Assembly: GCA_020891255.1 (NCBI GenBank)
Contig: BQFW01000012.1
Coordinates: forward strand, 868,001-932,000
Direction of reading: 5' to 3'
DNA: 64,000 bases
Source of the DNA: Entomortierella parvispora E1425
Taxonomy: Eukaryota; Fungi; Mortierellomycota
Numbering within the stretch: position 1 is the stretch's first letter; every line of letters starts with the position of its first letter. This document shows positions 12,613 through 24,420 of this stretch, piece after piece. Below the pieces are notes generated by a model that saw only the letters and a list, made by a program, of their open reading frames with translations, was not told the DNA's origin and did no database searches. The position numbers and the translations under genes were made by a program.

Positions 12613-14444
12613 TTATTCGGGACTTTTCTTCTTTTTCTTGGGAGGTCCAAAGATACCGTCAATCTCGGACGAAGCCGACGTCTTTTTCTTCTTGGGCGCC
12701 GTAATCGATCCAAAAATATCATCAATGTCCTTTGCAGGTGCCTTCTTCTTCTTTTGACCAGATTCCGGCATGGGTGTGGAGCGAGGTGAAGGAGATGAAC
12801 TGAAGATGTCGTCCAGATCTTGCATGAGGTTCGTCTTCTTCTTTGTGGGTGTGCCTGGTAAGGACGTCTTTCGTGGCGAGGCCGACCCGAAGATATCATC
12901 AATGGCAGAGGTCTTCTTTTTTGGTGCAGCAGGCGGTGGTGTTCCCCGTGGTGAGCCTGATCCAAAAATATTGTCGACTTCCTTGCTCAAAGATGACTTT
13001 TTCATTTTCGCTGCGCCCGATGACGTTGGTTCTCGCGGAGAAGCCGAACCAGGGCTGTCGGTCATTTCTCGGCTTAACGTCGACTTCTTCTTTTTCTTTT
13101 TTAAAGTTGGTGAAGGCGCAGATCCTCCAAACACCGTATCCAGCTCTGCCAGTAAATGCGAGTGAGACGGAGAGTCTGCTTGCAGTGACTGTGGCGATTC
13201 TGGTTGGATCTCGCTCGCCTTTTCCATGTCAATAGCATCGTCGGAGAGCCTTGGTGTTTTCTGAGTTGCTGCCTCCAGAGCTACTGCTCCTTCATCCATC
13301 ATCTCATCCATGCGCCTCTGAATCACTTGTCCAAGATCTGAACCATCTTCTAGACCGATAGAGTCATTATCTGGAATGGGTATGGGGGTTGATGGCAGAG
13401 GAGTGTCGGGTACAGTCGCAGAAAGACTTGATAACACCTCGCTTAGTGATTCCGGAAGTTCTTTCTCATAATCCACTGTGCCAGGTTCTATGACCTCCTT
13501 TGGTAGAACCTTCATCCAATCTTCCAGAAGAATGTAACAGTCCTGTAGCTCGTTCACCCACGCCTTCGAGATGACAGAGAGTCTGCTGCACAGTCCAATT
13601 GTAATTAATGCGAATGCCATGAACTGTGTCTTTGACATGAGCTGATACAAAGACCTAAGATTTTAATTGAATGTTGTAAGTCCTCTTTTGTTATAACTGC
13701 CTGGAAAAACATTGTTATACGTTCAAGATCGCCCAACTTACCCATATGTATCGTGTAGAGCACCTTGGAACTTTCGCAAAAGGAGTATTGCACCAATGAT
13801 TCGCGTCATGGTGAAGGCAACAGTAGACCGACATGGTACAGAATCCCATTGACTCTTTGTACTTTTGAGTGACTTGATACTAAAATGAGATATTTGAGAA
13901 GGTTTTAGTTTTAAAGAGATTCTACGGAGGCTGGAGAGGCAGGTCCATAGTCGTCATTGTCATATTCATACCTTCTCCCTGAATAAAACTTTGACACTAG
14001 TTCATTTGAAAGACCTGCTATATCCAGTTCTCTCATCCTGGAAACGATTCGACGACACTTGAAGACGCAGATACAAATAAAATGTAAGCCATGATGGTGA
14101 GATCAATGAGCCCCCTATAGCGCGAGTTGTTTCCTCACCTCACATATCCGTGCAAAGTGGGTAGCCTGTCTGTGTTGGTTCTTATTTTTGTAGTGCATAC
14201 GCTCCAGGATCGCGCATTCATCCCAGAACTCTTTCTTTGTAAAGCATTCTCGAAAAAAAAGCAGTTGCTGAAAATTGGTGGTGTGGTCCTGCGAGTTTGA
14301 GAGTACTGTCCGAGGATGAAAGGTGCGTGTGTTTGCTTTAGGATTGACGCTATTTCCGGGCGTAATTCCTTGAGTTGAGGTAGCAGTCGGTGGTGGCACA
14401 ATGGTCCTCCTTTGGTAGATCGGGATCTTGTCTGTCAGCATCAT
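12613..14444 (-). CDS. NEPRO: DUF4477 / NEPRO (RMP64, Rmp1-like) nucleolar protein, candidate RNase MRP subunit; 4 exons (14444-14139, about 14059-13970, about 13879-13742, about 13654-12613)
   Basis: Spliced product contains ECAILERMHYKNKNQHR, QWDSVPCRSTV and QFMAFALITIGLCSRL, resembling the NEPRO N-terminal domain. Lys-rich C-tail has repeated DDIFG motifs. Internal exon limits are approximate. Confidence 0.7.
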
Positions 14445-14671
14445 GAGGTTGGATGCATGCAAAGGTGGTGCATGTCTTTTGCAGTTTGCTGATCAAACTC
14501 AAAAAAAGAAAAGAAAAAAAAGTCACGTGTATGGTCGTACTCGAACCGTCGAACGTGCTTCTTGACAAAGGACAATGTGGAGAAGTGCTCTTCATCAACA
14601 ACCACACCGCCGGACGCAAGGGCACCTTCAGACGACCTCCATTCGTGCCCCACAACTTTTACCTAGAAACC

Positions 14672-16404
14672 ATGGCCCTTCTTGCGGAGAGCCACGATTC
14701 CAGCTACCTCTCAGGGGCGAATGACACCACCGCAACAAGCGCGAGCCAGGGCAACAATGACATCGCTGTCGGAGGAATGACCTCAGCATGGACATCACCT
14801 GCAATCCGACCACAGGCCACGGCGGGAACCTCCACCAGCTTAAGCAGTAGTGGTGGTCCACTTACATCTCCTCTTAGTCCCTCCTCGCCGGTGCAACTAC
14901 CGGCACCTTCTCCGTCGTCCAGTCTTCAGAATCCTCCTCCGTCATACCACCAGTACCCACAATACCACTCGCATGCCACTCAACAGCAGTCGCAACCGTC
15001 ACCGTCTCCCTCAGCATCGCCATCAACACAAAAGCCAAAGAAAGAACGACACCCTTTCGGAGGCATGTCTGCGAGTAGCTTTTTAACGGAGACCTTGCCA
15101 GCAACAGGCTTGAAATTATACCCAGGTTCCAGAAAGGGCGCAAAGTCCCACGGAGACCTTTTATCCGGCTCCAACAACCATAGCAAGGGCAAAAAATCTG
15201 GTGGTGGGCTGTCATCCATCAACACGTCAAAGAAACAACTTTCACCCGGAGGTCGATTGTCTGGAAATGAACGCACCTACTCATCTTCCACCAGCAATAT
15301 TTCCAGTCCGATGACGGGAGCGACTCATGATATGACCTCTCCAACCTCCATGTCCAGGAATCACCACTCGAGTTTGGATGCGAGAGTCATGGCTAGAGAA
15401 ATGTCACAGGGGCATTCGACAGAGGATGTTTGGCAAGCACTGTGCATAAAAGTGCTCACTCTTTTTAATGGACAAGGACTGACCGGCGCAGTTGAGGATC
15501 TGAATGAACTTGTTCGGTATATTCTTGTGATAATGTTTCTTTCATGGTTGTATCAAATGAAACTTGCGACTTATTTAAGGTCATTGCATCATATTTGATT
15601 GTAGGCGGTGTCTAGATTCAAGGACTGCACTGGCTCTGTGCGAAGAGATCAATGAATTGCTAAAGAACGGAATGTTGACGTTGAACGCCAAGCTTGGAGA
15701 TGTTCCGGATGAGAAGCTTGTGTCGCGACTAGTTGAGGTCTGGTCCTTCTTTTTTGGAACCGTTCTGCCTTACTTTGAAGGAGTACTCCTACCTTTACAG
15801 GTGGAACTCAAAGCATACCACGCTCGGAAAGGAAACCGGAAGATGACACCAAGTGGGGCCAGCTCAAGCGCACTCTCATCGTCTAGTAGTAGCGGTGCGC
15901 TTAATTACGCTGGAGGACATGAGAGTAACAACTCGTTGACGGTTGGATCTAGTCCAAAGTCAGCGATTTATGACTCGGATCAGGGACAAAGGAATGATCC
16001 AGGGCCGCAACATGTCCGGACGATGGCCCTGACGAGTTTTAGAGACTTGGTCATTTTGCCAATGGTCGATCGACTAGGAGGTACGTCCGAAAAGATTTCG
16101 CTTCAGCTGCAGGATTTGATTTGCTTCTAACCATTCCATTATCTCCGTTCTTCTAACAGATGTCTTTGCAAAACTGTTTATGGACTTTGATGCCTCGATT
16201 CCAGTGACCGATACAGCGTCAAGAATGATGCAAATGACCTCCATCTTGACCTCGATCCGATCAGACGATGCGCAACAATTATTGATGGAGCAAGTGTCAA
16301 ATCGTCTCAAAACCAACTGGAAGCAGTTCACGCGGAGAGGCAACCGAGGCGGCTTTATCGGTCTTGATAAGAGGATAGCGCCTGCAGCAAGTCGCTTTCA
16401 TTAA
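14672..16404 (+). CDS. HbrB-domain protein (Bit61/PRR5-Protor-like, TORC2-associated); exons 14672-15516, 15605-16080, 16160-16404
   Basis: EDVWQALCIKVLTLFNGQGL, LVEVWSFFFGTVLPYFEGVLLPL and MALTSFRDLVILP are HbrB-family motifs. Two GT-AG introns give a continuous frame. Confidence 0.88.
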
Positions 16405-16467
16405 AGGTGCATTTTTTATATTATGTAGTTGTAATTTATATTATAGATATATAGCTGATGGTAGGAT

Positions 16468-16843
16468 TTAAAAGAGTCCTCCGGTGAGTTTTGAGAGGTA
16501 GTTGTAAGTCGCATATGTCGTCAAGAGGAAGCCAACCATGACAACCGAGTCTATGAGAAGAAGGGTTATTCAAAAGACAGTGACAGGTTAGTTGACTCAT
16601 GCATATCTTTTGCCATGTTGATGGAACAGGTAGTCCACCATCATTTTCCTTTTTCCCATCCAGTCTGTACGGCATCATGCATCATAGCCATCTTTCTCTG
16701 TCCAGTTCAGCCGTCTGTGCCTCATCATGCAAAAGGGGAACAAACGTACTGAAGACAGCCTTCTCCCATGGCTCGAGCATGTAGAGGCCAGTGGTGACCT
16801 CGTAGCTGTAGTTGAGTTGCTTGACGTAGCTGCGGAGACCCAT
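16468..16843 (-). CDS. Serine palmitoyltransferase small regulatory subunit (ssSPT/SPTSS-like), 58 aa; exons 16843-16750 and 16550-16468
   Basis: Spliced product MGLRSYVKQLNYSYEVTTGLYMLEPWEKAVFNSVVMVGFLLTTYATYNYLSKLTGGLF has the family signature YEVTxxLYMLEPWEKxxFN plus one TM helix. Canonical GTACGT..CATAG intron, 177 nt CDS. Confidence 0.9.
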
Positions 16844-17059
16844 TGTGGTTGTGAATGTGAAGGATGTGGATCGTGTGGGGATGCGGGTTGTTCTGTGCGC
16901 GGGTGAGAGAGGAAAAGAGACGGATGATCGCCATGCATTGAGGGACGGGATCCCGCTTTCGTCACGTGCGTCTCACCCATCGCGGACTGCCGGAGGGAGA
17001 GCGTAGAAGAACCCAGTTGGGGTGTCTGCATCTCTTCATTTCACTCCGCAAATGCCACC

Positions 17060-20000
17060 ATGGGACATCTAATTACCGTCGCGACCTGCTCGCTCAACCA
17101 GTGGGCCCTCGACTTCAAAGGGAACTTGCAAAGGACGCTCGAGAGTATTCGCATTGCAAAGCAGCGTGGTGCTACTCTGCGCATTGGACCCGAGTTGGAG
17201 ATCACGTAAAAAAAAAAAAAAAAATGAAACGTTGTGAACCATGGAAATATATTCAAAGACGAGAACTGATAATATCTCTGGGCTTATTGGAATTACTAGT
17301 GGATATGGATGCGCCGATCACTTTTTAGAAGGTAAAAGCGATTGAACAGCTTCTTCAGGCGAAGGAAGTGACAATCGGGAACTGTTGAATGCTTACTGTC
17401 ACATCCATGGGTACACTAGGCGACACGTATTTGCATTCTTGGGAGGTACTCGGCAAGATCCTGAGCTCTCAGGAATCGCACGGGATCCTTTTGGATATTG
17501 GAATGTAAGCAGGAATCGGTTAAAGAACTCCACATCTCGTGCTTACGTGTGACCTGTGGAAGATCAATCCTCTGGAGGTATCATTTAGACAGCGGAAAAT
17601 CGCTGACTATTTTCTTCAATAATCTTAGGCCTGTAATGCACAAGAATGTCAAGTACAATTGCAGGGTTTTCATTCTGGACGGAAAGATCCTTTTGATCCG
17701 ACCAAAAATGTTTATGGCCAACGATGGCAACTACAGGGAACTGCGATGGTTCACCCCTTGGGCTAAACATCGTACGACCGAACAACATTACCTCCCCCGG
17801 ATGATCCAGAAGATCACTGGACAGGTCACTGTCCCGATCGGAGACGCTGTTATTTCTACCCATGATTCCTGCATCGGAGTGGAAATGTGTGAAGAGCTGT
17901 TTACTCCCAATAGGTAATGAGGGGGATATCAAAGAAGTTGTGACCATTCAACATTTGAAGATTTCGCCGAGCAATCGCTAACCTTTAACGACACTATAGT
18001 CCCCACATCGGCCTGTCTTTGGATGGTGTAGAGATTATCACAAATAGCAGTGGAAGTCATCATGAGCTCCGAAAACTGCATACCCGTATTGAACTGATCA
18101 AAGAGGCTACATTGAAGGTACGAGGATGACATTCAAGTTTAAGGTGAAAACTGTATCTTGAAATTGCCTAGTATTAACAATACTTCTGAACTCCATATTT
18201 TCTAGAGCGGAGGGATTTATCTTTATGCAAACCAACAAGGATGTGATGGCGACCGTCTTTACTATGATGGATGTGCGCTTATTGTGGTCAATGGTGAAGT
18301 TGTGGCTCAAGGATCTCAGTTCTCCATCGGGGATGTTGAAGTTGTGTCGGCTACCATTGACCTGGAGGATGTCAGATCTTTTAGATCTGCTTGCAGCCGC
18401 GGTATCCAAGCTTCGACTAGCCCTAGTTTCCAGAGAATCGAGGCTGACATGGCGTTGTCCGATGGTCGCTTGGAAGACAACCCAGCAATCAAGCCTACAA
18501 AGACGAAGCCCGTCTTCTACCACACTCCTGAGGAGGAGATCAGGTACTATATGGTGGCTGGTCGCTCAATATTGACTGAACGTGTTGATACAATTGCTAA
18601 CCACCGTCCGGAATCTGTTGATCTAGTCTGGGACCTGCGTGCTGGCTCTGGGATTATCTCCGCAGATCTAAAACCAGTGGATTCTTTTTGCCCTTGAGCG
18701 GGGGGATTGACAGTTGTGCCACGGCAACGATTGTAGCCTCTATGTGTCGCTTGGTTGTCAAATCTTGCGCCAAGGGTGATGCGCAGACCATTGCAGATGC
18801 TCGCCATGTTGCCGGTGCGAGCGCCGAGACAGGATACATCCCAACCGATCCTAAGGAGTTTGCACAGTACGTTATCAATGGGATTCGAGGCTCATTTGGA
18901 AGGGTTCATTTATTAATATTGCTTGATAATCGGGGTTAATAGCCGCATTTTCCATACTTGCTACATGGGTACCAAAAACTCTTCAAACGAAACCCGTACA
19001 AGAGCCAAAGAGCTTGCAGAGACTATTGGAAGGTATATACACCGCTATACTTCGAGTATCAGGTTTGCATCCAGGCATTAACTTTCACACTTTCACTTCT
19101 TTCATAGTTACCATGTGGATCTGAACATGGATACCGTGGTTTCTGCACTTCAGATGCTTTTTACTTTGGTCACTGGAAAGACGCCCGAGTTCCGCGCTCA
19201 TGGCGGCTCCAACGTTGAAAATCTGGCCCTTCAAAATATTCAAGCTCGTCTTCGTATGGTCCTGGCATACATCTTTGCGCAATTACTCCCTTGGGTTCGT
19301 GGTCGTCCCGGCTCCTTGCTTGTTCTTGGAAGTGCCAATGTCGATGAATGGTAAATTGCGATCCTGCTTGTCTTTATGATTGTCACGCCTGCCTTTGTGG
19401 ATCCGTTACCCTGATACTGTCCCATTCTATCTCTTAGCTTGAGAGGATACTTTACAAAATACGATTGCTCCAGTGCCGACATCAATCCAATTGGAGGCAT
19501 CTCCAAATCAGACCTGCGCCGGTTCATTGCTTATGCACAGTTGGCGTTTGGTATGCCCATTCTTGCGAGGTAAGTGCCATATTGCATTTGATCAACATCG
19601 TTTGCCAACGGTCGTAGCCAACGTAGATACGGAGACAGTAGACTAACTAGAGTCTCACGTCCTCACGTCCTCACGTCTCTGTTCTAGTTTCTTGGATGCT
19701 ACACCAACAGCAGAACTGGAGCCCATCACAGAGAATTATGTTCAGGCAGATGAAGTGGACATGGGCATGACCTACGACGAACTTACGGACTTTGGTCGAT
19801 TGAGGAAGGTGTTCAAATGTGGACCGTATAGCATGTTCACGAAGCTAGTGCACACGTGGAGCGACAAGATGGAGGTGTCCGAGATTGCTGTGAAGGTCAA
19901 GCGATTCTTCTTTTACTACTCGATCAACCGGCACAAGATGACGACCCTGACGCCCTCGTACCATGCAGAGTCATACAGTCCGGACGACAACCGGTTTGAT

Positions 20001-20126
20001 CTGCGACCCTTCCTGTACAATGCCTCGTGGTCGTGGCAGTTTGAGAAGATTGACCGGACGGTGCTTGTCCTGGAAGAGGAGCAGAGGAAGAGGAAGGAAG
20101 AGGAGAAAGAGCAGGAGCAGAAGTAG
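17060..20126 (+). CDS. QNS1: Glutamine-dependent NAD+ synthetase, about 11 exons
   Basis: N-term [19 protein letters not shown]. Nitrilase-domain motifs [26 protein letters not shown] and CEELF. Synthetase motifs [30 protein letters not shown] and [20 protein letters not shown] introns traced between segments. Confidence 0.96.
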
Positions 20127-20582
20127 TAGTCGTGAGCGTATGCCAAAAGACAAGCAGTTAGAACAACAAATTAGACCTCATTCCGACGGACTGCTTTTTC
20201 AGCACCAAAACCTCTTTTCGTGTTTCGTCTCTCGCCGTTGTCCCTTTCGGAGTCGATCGTCATTCCATTCGCGTGAGCATTCCTTCTCTTCCTGTCGATC
20301 GGATCCGATCTTTACCTCCCTCCCTTCCGTCCATCACCGTTTGCGCCTCTCTATAATTTCTTTCACGGCCTGCCTCGCCCCGATTCTTGCCTCATTCACC
20401 ACGTAAGGACAAAGGCAAAGCAACCTCGGACGCACACTTCTTCAATGCTCCAATGCTTCCATGGATCAGACGCGAGTCCATTCCATTCATTGTCCAACAC
20501 CTCCTTCTGTAATATTTTCTACTGCCCTCTTTTGCTCACACTTTATTTTCTTTGGTCCATAGGCAGTAGCACATACCAGACA

Positions 20583-22460
20583 ATGCTGTTCAAACAAACG
20601 CGCCTCGTTGCAGATCGATCTGCAGCCGCGGCCTTGAATCTCGTCCAGCGGCGTAGTCTTTATTCTCTTCATCAATATCAGTCCCTTCACCCCACGCGGT
20701 TGATCAGCCTCGAGTCTCGTTCCACGACGACCCTTCGCTCCTTCAACTTGACCGCTGCCACTGCTGACCATATCTCCACCCGTGCCTATACGTCCTCATC
20801 CAGTCCCAAACGATCTTCTGCAGCTCAAGAATCGGGATCAGGACCCAAAGTCTCGAATCATACCTCGACAGAACTGGACACTATGACCAATGTTCAGCTT
20901 CGTGATTTGTTGCGAGAGTATGGACTCATGGTTAGCGGTCGAAAGGCGGAACTGATCGATCGGCTTGTCAACCATGTACGTCAGCATCATCCTCAAGGCG
21001 ACAAAACAGTCGTCGCCAATGGCACGACCAAAAACAAAGGCGATGTCATTAAGGCTGCAGATGCTGGAGCAATCAAACCTGAACAGCACAAACGACTGTT
21101 TGAAGAGCGCCAACAATGGGATCATTCGTCTTCGCCATCACCGGCACAATCCAACTCAACCAATGCCGCAACACCAGTCCAATCGAACCATAAAACAAAT
21201 GGGACCACCGGCGGAGGACCATCAGCCAAACAGTCAGACAAAGAACAAGCTGTCAAAACTGTCGCCCATGAAAGAGATCAAGTGAAGGTCAGACAAGAGA
21301 AGGAGCTCCACGAACGTGAAGTTAGGTCCAAGTTGGAAAAGGAACGACTTGCTAACGAAAGGATCGAGAAGGAGCAGAAGGAATTGAAGGCCAGGCAGGA
21401 GAAGGAACAACACGAGCGCGAATTAAAGGCAAAGCAGGAGAAGGAGCAGCGCGAACGTGAACTAAAAGCGAAACAAGAGAAGGAGCAGCACGAAAAGGAA
21501 TTGAAAGCCAAGATCGAGAGGGAGCGACTTGCAAAAGAAAAATACGAGAAGGAGCAGCAAGAACTAAAAGCAAAGCAAGAAAAGGAGCGACTCGCCAAAG
21601 AAAAATACGAAAACGAACAGCGGGAGCTTAAGGCTAAGCAGGAGAAGGAGCAACACGAACGCGAACTTAAGGCCAAACTTGAGAAGGAACGACTTGCCAA
21701 GGAAAAGCACGAAAAGGAACAGCGGGAGCTCAAGGCTAAGCAGGAAAAGGAGCAACATGAAAGGGAATTGAAGGCCAAGCATGAGGAGTTACTTGCTAAA
21801 GAGAAGCACGAGAAGCATCAACAGGAACTGAAGGCCAAGCAAGAAAAGGAGCACCACGAACGCGAACTCAAAGCTAAGCAGGAGAAGGAAAAGCTTGCCA
21901 AGGAGAGGCATGAAAAGGAACAGCGGGAGCTCAAAGCGAAGCAGGATAAGGAACAGCACGAACGTGAAATCAGGGCCAACCATGAGAAAGAACTCAAGAT
22001 CAAGCAAGACAACGAGTTGAAGGCCAAGCACGACAAGGAAGTTCAAGAGAAGGAGCGGCAACTGAAGGACGCTGCAGCAGCTGCAGAGCAGGAGGCACTC
22101 AGGGCGAAAAGAGTTACGGATGAGAAGCTGAAGGAAGTCTATAAACGGGCGGAGAAGGAGCACGCGTCGAAGAGTGGGTCAGCAACTTCTAGCAGCAAAC
22201 AAACTAATGGTAACCCCAGTGACAAGTGGGCCCAGGAAAAGATTCCTATTGGCACCAAGATTGCTGGCGTCGTCCTGGGTTTAGGTATTGTGGCGTGGTT
22301 CCTGTCGGGCAAACGCGATCGGTGGGTCGAGGCCCAGGCTAAGGCTGCGGAAGAGCGCCGACAGCGGCTCGCTGAGGAAACTGCGGAGGAGGTCCAAGAG
22401 GCGAAGAAAAAGGCGCAAGAGAAGGACAAGAATTATAACGACATCAACCGTTTGTCGTAA
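20583..22460 (+). CDS. SAP-domain protein with mitochondrial-type presequence, long Lys/Glu coiled-coil repeat and C-terminal TM segment
   Basis: Arg/Ser-rich, acid-poor N-terminus. SAP motif LDTMTNVQLRDLLREYGLMVSGRKAELIDRL at about 20868-20975. Hydrophobic IAGVVLGLGIVAWFL near 22250-22305. Confidence 0.8.
   Translation: MLFKQTRLVADRSAAAALNLVQRRSLYSLHQYQSLHPTRLISLESRSTTTLRSFNLTAATADHISTRAYTSSSSPKRSSAAQESGSGPKVSNHTSTELDTMTNVQLRDLLREYGLMVSGRKAELIDRLVNHVRQHHPQGDKTVVANGTTKNKGDVIKAADAGAIKPEQHKRLFEERQQWDHSSSPSPAQSNSTNAATPVQSNHKTNGTTGGGPSAKQSDKEQAVKTVAHERDQVKVRQEKELHEREVRSKLEKERLANERIEKEQKELKARQEKEQHERELKAKQEKEQRERELKAKQEKEQHEKELKAKIERERLAKEKYEKEQQELKAKQEKERLAKEKYENEQRELKAKQEKEQHERELKAKLEKERLAKEKHEKEQRELKAKQEKEQHERELKAKHEELLAKEKHEKHQQELKAKQEKEHHERELKAKQEKEKLAKERHEKEQRELKAKQDKEQHEREIRANHEKELKIKQDNELKAKHDKEVQEKERQLKDAAAAAEQEALRAKRVTDEKLKEVYKRAEKEHASKSGSATSSSKQTNGNPSDKWAQEKIPIGTKIAGVVLGLGIVAWFLSGKRDRWVEAQAKAAEERRQRLAEETAEEVQEAKKKAQEKDKNYNDINRLS
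21290..22060 (+). repeat. Coding tandem repeat, 13-aa (ELKAKQEKEQHER) and 21-aa variant units
   Basis: More than 15 degenerate copies of ELKAKxEK in the translated ORF. Synonymous sites differ between copies. Confidence 0.9.
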
Positions 22461-24420
22461 ACCTTACTTCAGGCGGCAGCCTTTGCTGCATGCGCTAGCT
22501 TACACACAATTGCATTTCCCCTCACTCCATCATTGCATCAAGCCATTTTCATTTACTCATCTATCATCATGAACACATCTAGATCTCCTCGTGGGAAGTA
22601 ATTAAAAGCCACATGAGGCCCGTTTTTAAAGTATAACTTGGCGTCAAATATTAGGCCCCATTCTCGGAGAAAGTGGGGTAGACACCGACAGCCATGGAGA
22701 CAGGAGCGAGCCTGAAGTGGGGAGAAAACGAACCCTCGACGGTGTTTTTTCGCAGACTGAAAATCGAAAGGCGTGCGAAAGTTCCTCTTTTGGTCAACAA
22801 TTTGACAAACGTGCCCAAAGATGGCGGCATTTCTTGTTGTCGAGACCGGGAAGGGGAAGGGGCAGAGAAATATTGTCCGTTGAAAATATAATTTCAGATC
22901 CGATCCTTTGTTTTTTTGGGAATAATGACCCAGGGTTGACGAACCGGCCTATCATTCGATACCCGGCACGCGAGTCCGCGAATGAGACGAGCATTGTGAA
23001 AATCGGGAGATGAAAATGGCCTTACAGGGCTTATCCAGAGTGATTTGACACACGGCTGTCATGGTTTTAAGACCGGCCCAGTTGGACTGGTCCAAACAGT
23101 CCAAACAGTGGCCTCGCGCTATTTGATGGCGTGCTGCGTCTGTCTTCCGCCCACCCTCTCGTGCACAAAACGGACGCAGCCCATCATGGCAAGACAAGCA
23201 GGAAATGTGTTGGTCGAGGAGTTTTAAGCGGAGTGTTGGGTGACAAAATGTTGACATGCGATCGATGGAAACTAGCCTCATCCAACAGAAAAGCAGCTGT
23301 AATCGATAATGAGTAATAGGGCAGGTCCTCTCTTCTTTTGAAAATTGCAGAGGCACCCGAGGTAGAAAAGGAACAAGATCCATGATGGCGGCCAGCAGGG
23401 TTTATTTTCCTTATGGACACGTACAACCCACGGGCTGCAACCCTGATGTCAGCGATCGTCAGTGTTTGTCACACAGAGTCTACAGCTCTTCCCTTCGGTA
23501 TTTTCCTTGCCCTCGGCCATTTTCTGCCTGGAGGGAATCGGGTTTCCCACACTTTTACTTTCACTTTCTACAAAGTTTGCACGGCTGTCGTTGAGGTTCT
23601 ATTTTTTTTTCTCCTTCTGTTGTACGATTACCGCAGTCAATGGCATCATTCCCTCTCTGGGAAGAGAGTACACCCAAAGGAAGAGAAAAACGCAAACTCT
23701 ACCGATCCTTGTTCCTCGGTCGCCGGTACATTTATCGGCAGAGAGAGTCCTGCAAAAAAGTAAGGGAGGGCGGGTAGCCAATAGGAAGTGATCCCCAGCT
23801 TGGAGGGAAGACAAAAGAAGACGGCCAAGACCGCCTTTGGTCTCTGAGTTCCGTTTGCGGTCCATGAAAAAAATATTTAGCAATGAATGAAGACGAATGA
23901 ATAAAATGTTTGTTGTGCGGTATTCAATGGGAACTTACTTTCTTTTGGGTTGCCTTTTCTCTCATGGGAAAGTAATGTGAAGGAAAGAATGAAGGACAAT
24001 GGAAGCAAGTTGCAGAAGCGTACTTCCTGTCGGATAAGCTCCTGCTCTTGCTCCTGTCAAGACACGAGAGAGAAGACAGAGTCATCCCTGCAGTGCTGTT
24101 GTCAACTACTGTACTGTATCAAGTGCCCGACCTGTTTGTCGGGCTGTCAGTCCGTCCGTCCGTCCGTCCGTCCGCCTGTCTGTCTGTCTCGCCCTGTTGT
24201 TTCGCCAGCGCTTGACAAGAAAAAAAAATCTCCTTATAGCCTCCCCCCCCTGTCTTTCTGTTTTTTTCTTTCTCTCTTTCCTTTATTCTTCACATTCACT
24301 CTTCTTTCTCGTTGTTTGGATCGGCCCTGTATCTACTTCTCTCCGCTCAGTTCAGACACATCTCCTCTTCTTCTCATCACCCTTCTTTCCTCCTCTCCAC
24401 ATTCCTCGCCTCTCTCTTCC

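Noticed and set aside
19653-19677. (CTCACGTC)x3 in the last QNS1 intron
   Set aside because: Short intronic slippage repeat with no further support.
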